In this document: positions 26,642 to 40,035 of the stretch, piece by piece
Position numbering within the stretch: position 1 is the first letter of the stretch
Layout: each line of letters opens with the position of its first letter
Assembly (NCBI RefSeq): GCF_006345805.1
Contig: NC_043001.1
Location: 45,632,001-45,696,000, forward strand
Direction of reading: 5' to 3'
DNA from: Octopus sinensis
Taxonomy: Eukaryota
Length of the DNA stretch: 64,000 bases
The notes under the pieces: model-generated
The model's database searches: none
What the model saw: only the letters and a program-made list of their open reading frames with translations
What the model was told of the DNA's origin: nothing
Program-made: the position numbers and the translations under genes

Positions 26642-27228
26642 TCGTCATCGTCATTTAAAATCCACTTTCCATGCTGGCATGAGTTGGACGGTTTGACTGA
26701 GGGCTGGCAACCAGAAGGCTGTACCAGGCTCCAATCCAATCTGGCAAGCTTTCTACAGCTGGATGCCCTTCCTAACACCAACCACTCTGAGAGTGTAATA
26801 GGTACTTTTTACGTACCACCAACATGAGGGCCAGTCAGGTGATACTGGCATCAACCACGCTTGAATGGTACTTTTTACATGCCACTGGCATGGGAGTCAG
26901 TCAGGCAGCACTGGCAGTGACCATGCTCAAATGGTGCCTTTTACATGCCAGGGGCACAGGAGCCTGTCAAGCAGCACTGTCGTCAGCCACGACGACAATT
27001 TCACTTGCCTCGACAGGTCTTTGCAAGTGCAGTTTATTGCCCAATGATTGAACGGTAGTCTTAAATGGGCTAGTTATGCTGCACTGGCATAGGTCACAGT
27101 TACAGTCTCACTTGGTTTGCTGGGTCTTCTCAAGCACAGTATATCTCCAAAGGTCTTGGTCATTTGTCATCGCCTCAGTGAGACCCAACATTCAAAGGTC
27201 ATGCTTCTCCACCTCATCCCAGGTTTTT
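26642..27228 (-). mobile_element. RTE-type LINE 3' end (ORF C-terminus plus 3' UTR with ggcacgtaaaaagcacc-like repeats and (GAT)n tail)
   Basis: Minus strand KTWDEVEKHDL..LGLTEAMTNDQDLWRYTVLEKT runs into the UTR found in many short copies in this window. Confidence 0.82.
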
Positions 27229-29347
27229 TTGAATGTCTACAAAATATGTTTGTTTCAGGGTTTTAATTAAATGAGACCTTCTCACAAGAGGATTTCAACC
27301 CAGCACTAAATGCTAAATTTAAACAAAAAAAAAACTTTGAAACCAGAATCAATAGACTGATGGACAAAATGATATGTGGCATTTAGTTGTGTACTTTTAC
27401 ATTCTGAGTTCAAATCTTGCCAGAGTTGACTTTGCCATTCATCTTTCCAGGGTAGATGAAACAAACACCAATCAAGTACTGAAGTCAATATAATTGATTA
27501 CATTCTCCCCACAAAATTTGAGTCCATGTACCTAAGTTAGAAATCAGTATTATATCAGGGCAGTAAATTGGCAAAGTCTGAAGTGGTGGGTAAAATGTTA
27601 TGTAGTATTATGTCTTTTGTAAGGTATTTAGTTAAGTCTTTTGTAAACAGGTAAAGCTAACTCCCACAGAGCTTGACTTTACTTGTTATCTTTCCAGGAT
27701 ATGTTAGAAAGTGACTCATAAAAAGCACTGCATATCTACTGCAATGAATTATTAAATTGATTTCTTTTGCAAGGACCTGTACTAAGTTGTTGATTTAGAA
27801 CTGATTTTTAAGTTATTTTTTCTTGTTTACACTTTAATCCTTTTGATGCTAACCCACCTGAAACTGCCTTGGGTTCTGTGGTACAAAATTAAAACCTTCC
27901 ATCACAATTTCATGTTAATTTATGTTCCAAACACCACCTTAATAATGACAGTTATTTTACTAAATTCTACATTATTTTCAAAATTAGTTGAAACAAAGTG
28001 TATTTCAACAGAAATGGCAACAAAAGGTATAATGTAAATAAAAACAATTTGGCAACCCTTTGTGTACACAGTAAGAATATATATTAAAATAAAGTTATAT
28101 TTTTAACTTATGAATATAAATAATAAAGAACATTTATTATATCATTACTAATTCATCATTCAATAAATTGGTGATGAAATAATGACTTAATAAACAAAGT
28201 ATTGTTATTAATAAGAAACATGAGCTTGTTGTTTTTTGGTGTTGTGTTCTACTTACGTATATTCAAATTAACATCCCCTCATTTCATCTTCAATGTAATG
28301 AAATTGTTATTGTTTTCTTGAATTTAATGTTAGTGAGTGAAGAAAATCACAAACTCTATATGCTTGATTCTTTTTCTTTATGTCCATGATCACTGGACAT
28401 ATAAGCCAATTATTCTTCAAATAATTTTAGATGATTTTTTTTTATATTTTTATAAATGGCTTAAGAATCCAATAATCATGTGTTTAGTTCTTTTTTTTAT
28501 ACCATATTTCTGTTGGAATATACTGCCTTTGTTTCAATTAATTTTTTGTATAATGAAGAATTTAATAACATATTTTGATGGAAGATTTTAATTCAGATCA
28601 CTTTAAAACAGGAAGTTTTTATCAGAGAAGCAAAGACAATCTCAGATGGATTGGCATAAAAAAATTTGATAACAAAAATAGAAAATAAAAGTTTGATTCC
28701 TTTTCCAACACACCTTTAAATCCCACTCTGATTTTTGTTTGTTGTGTGTATTTTGTGTTATATTAAGACATTATATTTAGAATTTCAGTGTATAGTTTGT
28801 TTTTTTTTCTAAAAATATTTTTTTTATTTTCATTCTTCACCTAATTACACCTCACAGCATCCCAGTGTGCACTGTTTAAGAACCATTAATTCAGATAATT
28901 AATGCATGTTTTCTAAACATGCAATGCCAAGTTCAAATACCTCTAAATGAGATTGGCAAGTGTGACAGAATATTCTGTGAACTTAATTGAGTACATAAAA
29001 ATGAAGTTTTTAGCAATAATGTAATATATTTATGAAATATTAATATATCTTAAATTTGTTTTGTTTAGCCTCAGATGTGTCATTATAAAGCAGACTTATC
29101 ATCAAAAGCATTCCAACTGGGAGGGTGCCTTCTTTTTTCAAACATAATGTATTTAGTACTACATTACCTAATTTTTCCTTTCTTCCTTTAAAGGCATTTT
29201 TATTGCTATTTCCAGCAGGTTCAGGTACCCATTTAGAGGCTCCTTCATTTCTTGTTAAATCTTGAGTTTTATGTTTCTGTTATAAAAAAAAATGTAGAAG
29301 AGAAATTCAGAGAAAATTAGTAATTGTTCTGGAATCTTTTGTTTCAG

Positions 29348-29491
29348 ATAAAATCAAACTGAAACTTTCTGAAAGCTTTCTATGTGACCATTTGATTGAC
29401 TCAATCCATTCAAGTCTTGAAGAAAAAGAAGAAGCTAACCAACAATTCTTAAAGACGTCTTCAGATTTAATTGTTTTACTTTTAACAGGAG
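29348..29491 (+). CDS. RAP1GDS1: RAP1GDS1 exon (144 nt)
   Basis: tttcag|...GGA G|gtaaga; DKIKLKL...LKTSSDLIVLLLTG (human DAIKLQL...LKTGSDLMVLLLLG). Confidence 0.96.
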
Positions 29492-30501
29492 GTAAGACTA
29501 GTAAGATTAAGAACTAAAATTGTCCATAACATATTGTGTTATATTTTGCTTCTAATTTCTTTCTACACTCACATGTACATACATGTGCATGCACACACAT
29601 ATAAAATGTTGGGCCTTTGTAAAATAAGAATTTCAAATCTAAGAATAACATTGAAACCACTGCTGCGAATTGAATCCTGTATCTTTTACATACCTGGTAA
29701 ATGGTAGTATGTCTGCTAATGATAGCATGCTTACCTGATTAGCAAAAGATTCTTGATTCAAGTCTAAAGAGTGAATTTGTTGTTGTCTGGGAGCTAGATG
29801 GAAACTAGACAAAAAGTCAGAGAGCAAAGAGACTGTAGTTTCCATCACTACCACCATTTTAACATACATTACACAATGCTTGTACAGGTGGGCAGATCTT
29901 CTCCAGCACTGAGCGATGCCAGTCATTATGGTCTTTCATAACTAAAATGATTGGCAACATCACCTTCTTGAGGCACAGTATCCTGAGATCAGTTTTCACT
30001 GCTTTATCTTATGTATGTCTTCTCTCTTGCACATAACATCTGACTTCTCTTTTATCCCATTTTCTCTCAATTTATTTGTACTCCATCAGTCATACTAACA
30101 TTATACACCCAGCAAATCATACTCACTTCATTCCTTTGTTGACTTTGCAAATCCTGTTATTCAAGATTTTTTACCCAGCAAAGTCACACTTTGTACACAA
30201 GCATCTTACAGTCTCCTCTTCACTTTGAAAGAGTAGCCCTTTGTTGCCAGGAAATTTTTCATTCTGGTGGTTTTGTAATACATTATTACTTGCAGTTTGT
30301 GGCTAAGTATGATGTGTATCATGTTTGATTTTTTGGTTTTTTTCTTCAGTTTTCAATGATGTATTCATACAAGCTGTAACCAAAATGCATGGACACACAA
30401 GAACAGCATTCTTTTATTGACTGACCACTTGTCTTTATTTATTTATTTATTTATTTACTTATTTTTTGTATATTTATTTCTAACCTTTCTGTGAATTCCA
30501 G

Positions 30502-30633
30502 ACAAAAGTATGGAAGTCCTTTTCAAAAAGGGTAAAGGGGCAGTATATGCTGAATCTGTGAGTTGGCTTGAAGGGAGTAATGAATATTTACAAATATCAG
30601 GAGCTCTTGCAATTGGCAACTTTGCTAGAAATG
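30502..30633 (+). CDS. RAP1GDS1: RAP1GDS1 exon (132 nt)
   Basis: ttccag|...AAT G|gtcagt; DKSMEVLFKKGKGAV...LQISGALAIGNFARN (human GALAIANFARN). Confidence 0.97.
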
Positions 30634-32511
30634 GTCAGTCAATTTTTTTATTTTAAAATTTTGATGTATTTTTTATTGCTGTTATTTTATTCATTATCCC
30701 ATCAGAGAATAAGAATTATATGCAAATGTCTCCTTTTGAAGATGCTGCATCAACATGACCACAATGGAATAACCGAAACTAGTAAAAATAAAACAATGTA
30801 GTAAGCTAGTGAATGTCTTATTGCACACATAACAAGTGATGTATTACCATCATCATTGTTCTAACTTCTACTTTTCCATTCTTACATTGATAAGACAAGA
30901 CTATGTTTGGGCTGAGTTTTCTATGACTTTATGACCTTCCAGGCATTAACACTCACCTGTTTCCCCTATTGTATCAAACAACAAACAGCCCAGATATAGT
31001 TTGGTAGAGAACTGGAAACAAAGAACACCATTTGAATACACCTTTTTTTTTTTCAAAGATTGGGCAACATGTCAAGACATGTCAAAAGGCCCCGTAATGT
31101 GCTTTTGTGGTGAACTGCAAACAAACAACATAGCCTGTATGAACATTGTTGCTTTAGCTACTAGGGATTTTAAAGGATTGGTGCTTAACTCTAATTCCTA
31201 TGTGAAGTGAATAAGTGTTAAATCTCTTCCAAGATAAGATGCCAGTCTATCATAAGCACCTTTCCTTGAAGATCTGGTACATATTCTCACACATCATCAC
31301 CATCATTATCATCATCATCACCATCATCATCCAACACATGCTAGTATGGGTTGGATGGGTTGACCAGAGCTAACAAGCAGGAGAGCTGCACCAGGTTCCA
31401 GTCTGATTTGCCTTGATTTCTACTGCTTAATACCCTTCATAACACCAACCACTTTACAGAGTGTGCTGGGTACTTTTTATATGGCACTGGCATGGGTGCT
31501 TTTACATGGTGCTGGCATGGGTACTTTTTATGTAGTGCCAGCAGGGGTACTGTTATATGGTGCTGGCACAGGTGCTTTTTACATGGTGCCAGACATGGCT
31601 CTTGCAGAACAATCCTCTTCATTGGGGGAGCAGCATTAACAATTCTGCTATGGAAGATTTAGCTGCTATTTCTTGAAGATTGAGTGATCACATAGAAGTT
31701 TCCTCATTGGCTTTAGGTTAGCAGAATTATGTGCTCAAGTACACAACATCAATAGCTGTATTCCTGGGCATATAATGCTGCTAACTTCAAAGTTTGGATC
31801 TTTGATTATTTAGGCGGTAATGATCATACGAGCACTAATGATTATGTAAGTATTAATGAGCTGTGAACACTAATGATCATTAAAGCGGTTATGGTCATGC
31901 AAACATCTAGTTTGAAATATCAAATGTATAAAGATTATAGTGACTGTTGCTTAGCTCCACGCTAGCCCTGAATGAGTAGATCTATGATCAAAGACATTCC
32001 AACCTTAACCACCTTGCCCTGCACACAGGCATTGGTTATATTATCTAATTTGTCCTTCCCTTTCTAGATGGCAAGGTATAATTTTAGAGAGATTGGACTG
32101 CTATTTCTAGCATATGGAGTGACCACATACTAACTCTCAATGGTAACGGCAGCACTGATGATAATGGCAATTGTGGTGGTAGTGGCAGCAGCGGTGAAGA
32201 AGAATTGTTGGTAGCAGTGAAGAGGAGAGGATCATAACAGAAGCAACAGTGACAGGAGGGGGTGCTAATGATGTTGGTGGTGATGATGAGGATGCTGGTG
32301 AAATGAAAGAGAAAGGGGACAATAAGAATAGATGAGAATAGACATTTGAAGCCATGATATGATGACTGCTTCACATGTAATTAAACAAGGTGGGGTAAAA
32401 GTGAACTACTAACCACAACAATTAAAACCCACGAGTACAAGAACTCAAGTTGGTACCCATGGGGACAACTTTCAGCAAATGTTATTTAAAAACAACAATA
32501 ATGATAATAAT

Positions 32512-33105
32512 GGTTTCAAATTTTGGTGCGAGGCCAGCAATTTCGATGGGGGAATAAATCAATTACATCGACCCCAGTACTCAACAAGTACTTATTTTAT
32601 CAACCCCAAAAGGATGAAAGGAAAAGTCAACATCAGTGCAATTTGAACTCACAACATAGAGACAGATGAACTGCTGCTAAGCATTTTGCCTGGCATGCTA
32701 ATGATTCTGCCAGCTTGCCACCTTAGCAATAATAATAATAATCCTTTCTACTATTGGTGCAAGGCCTGAAAATTTTGGAGGAGGGGTCTAGTTGATTACA
32801 TCAACCCCAGTGTTTCACTGGTACTTAATTTATCGACCCCAAAAGGATGAAAGGCAAAGTCAACATCAGCAGAATTTGAACTCAGAACATAAAGACAGAC
32901 AAGATGCTGCTTAGCATTTTGCCCCACAAGCTAATGATTCTTCCAGCTTGTCACCTAACAATAAAATAATAATAATAATAATAATAATAATTGTTTCGAA
33001 TTTTGCCACAAGGCCAGCCATTTTAGGGGAGGGAATAAGTCAACATCGGCAGAATTTGAACTCAAAATGTAGTGGCAGACGAAATACTGCTAAGCATTTC
33101 ACCCA
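32512..33105 (-). mobile_element. Three head-to-tail SINE family B copies separated by (AAT)n
   Basis: Two full copies (~32512-32724, ~32743-32957) and one internally deleted copy (~32990-33105). Confidence 0.85.
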
Positions 33106-33696
33106 TATGGTCATTTGACCTACTTGGTATAGTAACCAAATCTCCCTCAAACAATGCCTTTCTGTCTCAGGAAAAGGTCCCATTGGATAATGAAATCTCA
33201 GATATATGATACCTAGAACAAAAAAAGACAGGATTGCCATGGCTGCAATGCCTTTCATAAATCTTTCTCAGTCAGAGCTGACCTTGGGCTGAACAGCAGC
33301 AGCAAAAAGTAGTTTTCTACAAAAAAATTTTCTTTGAAAACTGAAACTCACTAAAATATAATTTGTTATATTGTTGTTTGGGTGTGGAACTGATGCTAAC
33401 CCTCTAAACTGATGATTCACTGGTATTTGTTTGGTGTATTAAGTTCTTGTTGCAATTTTCTTTTCTAATGGTATGAAATGATGACTTGACAATCTTTTTT
33501 TTTTTCCTTCTTCTTTATCTGAGGCCAATTAAATTCAACCTTTCAAGCTATCTTGTAGTAACAATAGCCACAATGATATGATCACATGCATACAAACATT
33601 TATTCTCACATTCATGAAAAATCAAGAAACACTCATGCACAGATATGCGCACACACATGTAGTCAATTATACTCATTGTAGTAAGAGAGAAGAAAC

Positions 33697-33807
33697 ATCC
33701 AAATATTCAATCTTCGTATCACTGTCTTTAATTTAGTAATCCACAGTTATCATCAAATATTCAATCTCCACATCACTATCTTTAATTTAGTGATCCACAA
33801 TTATCAT
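33697..33807. repeat. ~54-bp tandem duplication
   Basis: caaatattcaatct..atcact.tctttaatttagt.atccaca.ttatcat occurs twice. Confidence 0.8.
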
Positions 33808-33899
33808 CATCATCACCACCATTGGTTTTTCCATGTGCAGCTGTTGAATTTCTAATAAAATGCATATTAAAACCACACATACTTTCTCAGTATATATCA

Positions 33900-34285
33900 G
33901 GAGTGGCTGTGGTAAGTAGCTTGCTTACTAACCACATGGTTCTGTGTTCAGTCCCACTGCGTGGCACCTTGAGCAAGTTTCTTCTACTATAGCCTCGGGC
34001 TGACCAAAGCCTTGTGAGTGGATTTGGTAGAGGGAAACTGGAAGAAGCCTGTCGTATATGTGTGTGTGTATGTTTGTGTGTCTGTGTTTGTCCTTCCCAA
34101 CATCGCTTGACAACTGATGCTGGTAATTTTACATCCCCGTAACTTAGCGGTTCAGCAGAAGAGACCAATAGAGTAAGTACTAGGCTTACAAAGAATAAGT
34201 CCTGGGGTCTACTTGCTCGACTAAAGGCAGTGCTCCAGCATGGCCACAGTCAAATGACTGAAACAAGTAAAAGATTAAAAGAATA
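33900..34285 (+). mobile_element. Full-length SINE family A
   Basis: ggagtggctgtggtaagtagc...gttcagtcccactgcgtggcaccttgagcaag...gactgaaacaagtaaaagattaaaaga. Confidence 0.88.
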
Positions 34286-34914
34286 TATTAATTGGTACAA
34301 AATAACAAAAGTAACTCAAGAGCCAAAAGTTTTGTGTATAGAAAAAAACATTAAAAAATATGAGATACAGCACAGAATTTTGTCAGTAAACAGGTCACAG
34401 TCCCAAAGCGACGAAAATATTTTGGCAAATTAAATATAAATGTTGAAGTGAATCTAACGGTTTTTGTGTGTTCCTTAAATGGCTTATAAACACCTTCCAC
34501 ACTGCAATTGTTTATAAAAACATAATTTTACAAAATTGTGTGATGAGTAGCTTACTTCCTAATAACATGGTTTTAGGTTCAGTCCCATTGCATGGCACCT
34601 GGGACAACTATCTTCTACTATAGCTACAGGCTGACCAAAGCCTTGTGAGTGGATTTGGTAGATGGAAACTGAAAGAAGCCTTTCCTATATCTAAGTGTAC
34701 CTGTGTGTTTGTCCCCGACTACCACTTGACAACCAGTGTTGGTGTGTTTATGTCCGCATAACTTAGTGATTTGGCAAAAGAGACCAATAGAATAAGTACT
34801 AGGCTTTAAAAAAAGGGTACTGGGGTGTCGATTGGATTGGCATCATAATCCTTCTCTCTACTTGTTTATGATTATAAAATTATCTTAGAGCAATGCTGTG
34901 TTACAATTATTTGA

Positions 34915-35322
34915 GCACCATCCAAGCGTGATCGTTGCCAGAGCAGCAAACTGGCTTCTGTGCTGGTGATACGTAAAAAGCATCATTCGAGCATGATTAT
35001 TACCAGCATCGCCTTACTGGCACGTGAAAAAGCATTCGAGTGAGGTCATTGCCAGTGCCGCTGGACTGGCTCCTGTGCAGGTGGCACGTAAAAAGCACCA
35101 TTTGAGCTTGGCTGTTGCCAGTACCACCTGACTGGCCCTCATGCTGGTGGCACATAAAAGCACCCACTACACTCTCAGAGTGGTTAGCATTTGGAAGGGC
35201 ATCCAGCTGTAGAAGCTCTGCCAGATTAGATTGAAGCCTGCTGCAGCCATCTGGTTCGCCAGTCCTCAGTCAAATCGTCCAACCCATGCTAGCATGGAAA
35301 GCGGACGTTAAACGATGATGAT
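34915..35322 (+). mobile_element. RTE LINE 3' UTR fragment
   Basis: Internal ggcacgtaaaaagcacc repeats, ggaagggcatccagctgtaga, tail ggacgttaaacgatgatgatg. Confidence 0.8.
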
Positions 35323-36093
35323 GGTGGTGGCAGCGGCGTCTGCTGCACTACATTTCAAACAGCTTAATCATCATATGGTGCCTAATTCTTCGATATATGT
35401 ACAGGTTCCAAGACTGAATCTAAAATAAGAATCTTTATTTCTAAACTAACGAAACTAATCTTCATATTCAGTAAACCAGTGACACACACTAAATTGAATT
35501 GTCATTATTAAGATTAAAAGTAGTGAATTGGCAGAATCAGTAGATTATCCAATGAAATGCCATGTAGCATTTGCTTACAGCCCTTTACATTCTGAGTTCA
35601 AATCCTGCTAAAGTCAACATTGCATTTCATCCTTGCAGTGTCAATATAGACTATTTGTCAAGTACTGAGCTTGATTTAATCAACTAACCCATCCCTACAA
35701 ATTTGTGGTCTTGTGCCTATGTCAGAGAGTTACTAAGATGATTATTTTCCAATCTGTTAACCTTATCTTAAGATTATATGTTAACATGCTTGCGCACGTA
35801 CACATCACTCTCTCTCTATCACACACACACACACACACACACAGAGTTTGATTTCAGTTCATCATCGTGCACCTTATTTCTGGATATGTACATGTTCACA
35901 TATATAGAATAAATTTGTTGTGATTGATAATATTGTTTATTTGTTTAAGGCCTGCCATCATTGAAGTTTCGTTTTGATATTATTGACATATTAAATAAAT
36001 AGATATTATGAAAGAAATTCCAATGAAAACTTTGCCAGAATTATTGTCAGTTAAATTACTTCAGCAGTCAACGTAATTATTTTCTTGTTTCAG

Positions 36094-36231
36094 ATGAACA
36101 TTGCTTATTGTTGGTAGAAGAAGGCGTTGTTACAAAAATGTTAAATTTACTCAAGCAACAAGACCGTAAAGAACCAAATATACCATTACTTCATGCAATA
36201 CTAAGTGCTTTAAGGAACCTTGCTATTCCTT
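36094..36231 (+). CDS. RAP1GDS1: RAP1GDS1 exon (138 nt)
   Basis: tttcag|...CCT T|gtaagt; DEHCLLLVEEGVV...HAILSALRNLAIP (human HAALSALRNLAIP). Confidence 0.97.
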
Positions 36232-36330
36232 GTAAGTTCTCATTTTCAAGGTTTCACTGTTATCTTTCAAAATTAAACCTTTTCTTCGCTAAGTCTTGTT
36301 GAGGAAAATAATGAGGTGTTTTATTTTTAT

Positions 36331-36408
36331 ATATTTTATATATAGTTAAAATAGTTATATTTTATATATAGTTAAAATAGTTATATTTTATATATAGTTA
36401 GAATAGTT
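36331..36408. repeat. AT-rich tandem repeat, 26 bp x3
   Basis: atattttatatatagttaaaatagtt repeated. Confidence 0.85.
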
Positions 36409-38677
36409 ATATAACTAGTTATATCTACTAAATATATATACTCGTTATTAACTTATATGTTAGTTAATAACTAGTATATAGTTTTAATTACACATACTAG
36501 TTATATACACTAATTATGTGAACTACTTATAACTACTAATTACATGTACTAGCTATATGCTCAAATTTCTAATTGTGTGTGTGCGCGTGCTATAGCTACT
36601 AGTTCTATGTACTGTAATTTTTATATCTATTAATTATCCAAGATATATGTTCTGATTATATGTAATACTTGTATGTACTTAAGCAATATCAAACTGGCAT
36701 TGTACTTGCTAGGCCCCTGTGCAGTGAGCATTTTCATTTTAAAGTAATAATATGATCAGGTGGAAGCAATGTTGAGTTCATATCAAAGTAAGGGTGAATT
36801 ATTTGTTTAGGCAAGTTACTTAATTCTACATATCACTATCATCACCATCATCTTCATCATCATCATTCAACATCCACTTTCCATGCTGGCACAGGTGGGT
36901 TGATCAGTTTGACAGGATCTGGCAAGCTGCAAGGGTGCATCAAGCTCTATTTTCAGCTTTGGCATGGTTTCTATAGCTCAATGCCTTCTTAATACCTGTC
37001 ACTTTACAAAGTGTATTAGATGCTTTTTATATGCCACAAGCACTAGTGAGTTTGTTGTGTAACTTGCAAGACAGCAGGAAAAAAAAAAGAGAAAAACTTC
37101 CAATACTAAGAGGGGAATATTTGAAAGGAAAATATGGAGGTGAGTGGCTTATTCTAGGTGTTGAAAGGCTGAGGGACAAGGAGATAAATAGCTAAAGGGG
37201 ATAAAAGGAAGGTAGTAATAGAGTACCAGTGCAAACTGTCATGGTACAAGAAAGTGAACATAAGAGGGGATATGGACAGTGAGGCAGGGGAGTATGAGGA
37301 TACTTCCGTAAGAGAACAAAAGGTGAGTAACAGATGGTTAAAGATGAGGGTAGAGGTGAATGTAGTGAGTGATAAACAAATGTGAAGGTGCAGTTGAAGA
37401 GAAATATTGGTGTGGAGATGGGTAAGGTAGGAGATATAGAAGTGGCTCAGAAAAGAGAATAAATCTGAAGGTAGTGGAATGATGTGTAAGGTGTAGGAGC
37501 AGTGGAGAGGGAGTTATAAAGGAACATTAGGGGGCTATAGTAAGTAATTTTAGACATGGGAGAGCATTGAGAATAATAGCAGATAAGAGATATGTTAAGA
37601 ATGGAGTATAGCAGTGGAGAGTGAGAGAGAGATAAAGAGAGAGCATTGGCTGAAGGCACAGGCAGGAGTTGATTTGTAGAAATAGTGTGGGTGAGGATGA
37701 TAATGAGAAATGGAAGTGGTTCCAGTGGGAAAAGGGAGGGGATGTAATATGTGCCAATTATGCTCTCAGCTGACCAAAGCAGCTGAGTAGTCCCACCAAT
37801 GAGTGTGTGTTAGGGGATGAAAATTGGGAGAGCTGCTTGACATGTCAGAGAGTGATGCATGAGGGCAGAAATCTCCTCCTCCTCCTCCCTCATACATAAT
37901 TCAAATTAGTTCAGAAATACATAATAGATATTGGACTATCCATAAATGCTACCTGTGAGAGACTAGTATCATATACTGGAGAAGATTTTTTTTAAAATCT
38001 TGATTAAATTAGTCCAGAGAAAGAAAGGAGTTGTGCTCATGTCTTTCACTTGTCCTCCAAGATTGGTGAGGCTGACACAGTTGACATCACCATTGAACAA
38101 TTGCAAGTTGATGGCTGCAAGATATATACATACAGTGGAGAGATCTCAAGGATTGGCACATTGAGGAAGAAAGGTTAAGTGTAGGGGTTTATGTGAGGCC
38201 TGAGGCAGGCCTATCATCAGACTTTAGTGACTGGAGGTGCTTCAGAATGCTCTGGATGGGTAGTAATTTGTAATAATGCTAAATTGGAGTTTCAAAATAA
38301 GTGTATCACTGTGAATCTGAGGGTGCACCATTGAATAACGGGACAGTGCCATTCAGTGCACCTCCTTAGCAGCAGGCATGGCCTGAGGGATGAACACTAC
38401 ATGGGCAATGAGAAAAGGAGAGGTAAGAAAATCATGGTTGCCAGGGAGGCGAGAACATGAAGCTTTTTTTTTCCAAGCATATTGCACACTGGACTAGACT
38501 TTCCAATATGTCCTTCCTTTGGTTACAATTTATAGTAATATGTCAAGTAACCTTGTGGTGTTTCCTTTGATGTGTTGTGAATTTGAAAGGTGTAAATCAT
38601 TGCCAACATGATTTTATCATTCAATAACATCTGACTGTGTTACTTTCTGAGTGTTGTTCTTTTTTCTTTTGTTACAG

Positions 38678-38803
38678 TGACCAATAAAATTAAACTAGTC
38701 AATGCTGGCTCTGTTGAAGTCCTCCTCAGCTTCTCTTCCACCCCTATACTAGCTGTGACATTCAAACTGTTAGGAGCTCTACGAATGTTAGTTGACAACC
38801 AAG
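38678..38803 (+). CDS. RAP1GDS1: RAP1GDS1 exon (126 nt)
   Basis: ttacag|...CAA G|gtaagt; LTNKIKLVNAG...FKLLGALRMLVDNQ (human FKLLGTLRMLIDAQ). Confidence 0.97.
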
Positions 38804-39945
38804 GTAAGTTAATTACATGCAATTCCTAGCACTGGTAAGGATGAGAGTGGCGGTGATGGTGTTTAGCCCTAAGTTAGTCCTGATCAAGCAGACCTTTGGC
38901 TGAAAGTATTCCAGCCATGACCTGTCTGCATTTTTTGCTGTGTGCAGCAGGATACATATTCCAGTGTATTTCTTTTTCCAAGGCAGTAAGTTGTGAGTTG
39001 AGGCAAATTTGGCTGATATTTTTAGCAGGTTACTCAATCATGATGAACTCTCTTATTAGCTCATAGTGATGGTGATGTTGGCAGGTGTTATCAGAGTAGT
39101 AGATGCACCACACTATAAATATCACATCATTATCATCACCTCCTATACATCATCACTATCAATATGCTTTTAATCTCTTTAATTTAGATCCTGCATAAAG
39201 TCCATTAACGAACCAATCTATCATATTTATATATACACAAATATAACTATACTTTTTAAGACAGAGAAGAATTATTTTTAGATCAGAATTCTTAGAGCAT
39301 CAGGTAAAATGCCTTGTGTTATTTAATCACAGCTGTTACATAATAATTTTTAATTTTACTGAAGTCAACTTGACCTTTCCTTCTACTAGGGTCAATAAAG
39401 GAAAGTACCACTCAAGAACTGGTATCAATATAATCAACTATTTCTAACGTGTTATTGTGATTCTGTTAAACATAGTAATAATAATACTTTCAAATTTTGG
39501 CACAAGGCCAGCAATTTCAGTGGGGTGGTTAAGTTGATTACATTGGCCTCAGTGTTCAACTGGTACTTCTTTTATTGACTGCACAAAGATGAAAGGCAGA
39601 GTTGACTTCAGTGGAATTGGAACTCAGAATGTAAGGACAGACAAAATGTTGCTAAGCATTTTGCCTAACATGGTAACAATTCTGCCAGCTCGTTAGTTTA
39701 ATAATAATAAGAGTTTCTAATTTAAGCATAGCAGTTTTGAGTGGGAGGAGGTTTAATTAATAACATTGACCCCAGTACTTGACTGGTACTTTATCTCAGT
39801 AACCCTGGAGAGATGAAAGGCAAAGTTGAATGTAAAGAACTAGAACAAATTCTGCAAAGCAATTTTTCTGATACTCTGGTTATAATATTATTAACCACAA
39901 AGATTGACATTATCATCATCTTTTTTTTTTTTACCTCTACTTCAG

Positions 39946-40035
39946 AAGAAACTGCTAAACTTCTTGGCCGTGATAAAGTCTTCTTACCTAAATTAGTTGA
40001 GTGGTGTAATGTTGAAGAACATGCTGGAGTGAAAG
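39946..40035 (+). CDS. RAP1GDS1: RAP1GDS1 exon (90 nt)
   Basis: cttcag|...AAA G|gtcagt; EETAKLLGRDK...LVEWCNVEEHAGVK (human LVEWCEAKDHAGVM). Confidence 0.97.

Noticed and set aside
28858-28889. Strong-looking acceptor (cctaat branch point, ctcacag) inside an intron
   Set aside because: No convincing donor, and an in-frame TAA after 10 codons; cannot be supported without transcripts.
33900-33975. tRNA gene-like sequences here and at other SINE heads
   Set aside because: These are tRNA-derived SINE heads followed by SINE bodies; no proper cloverleaf.
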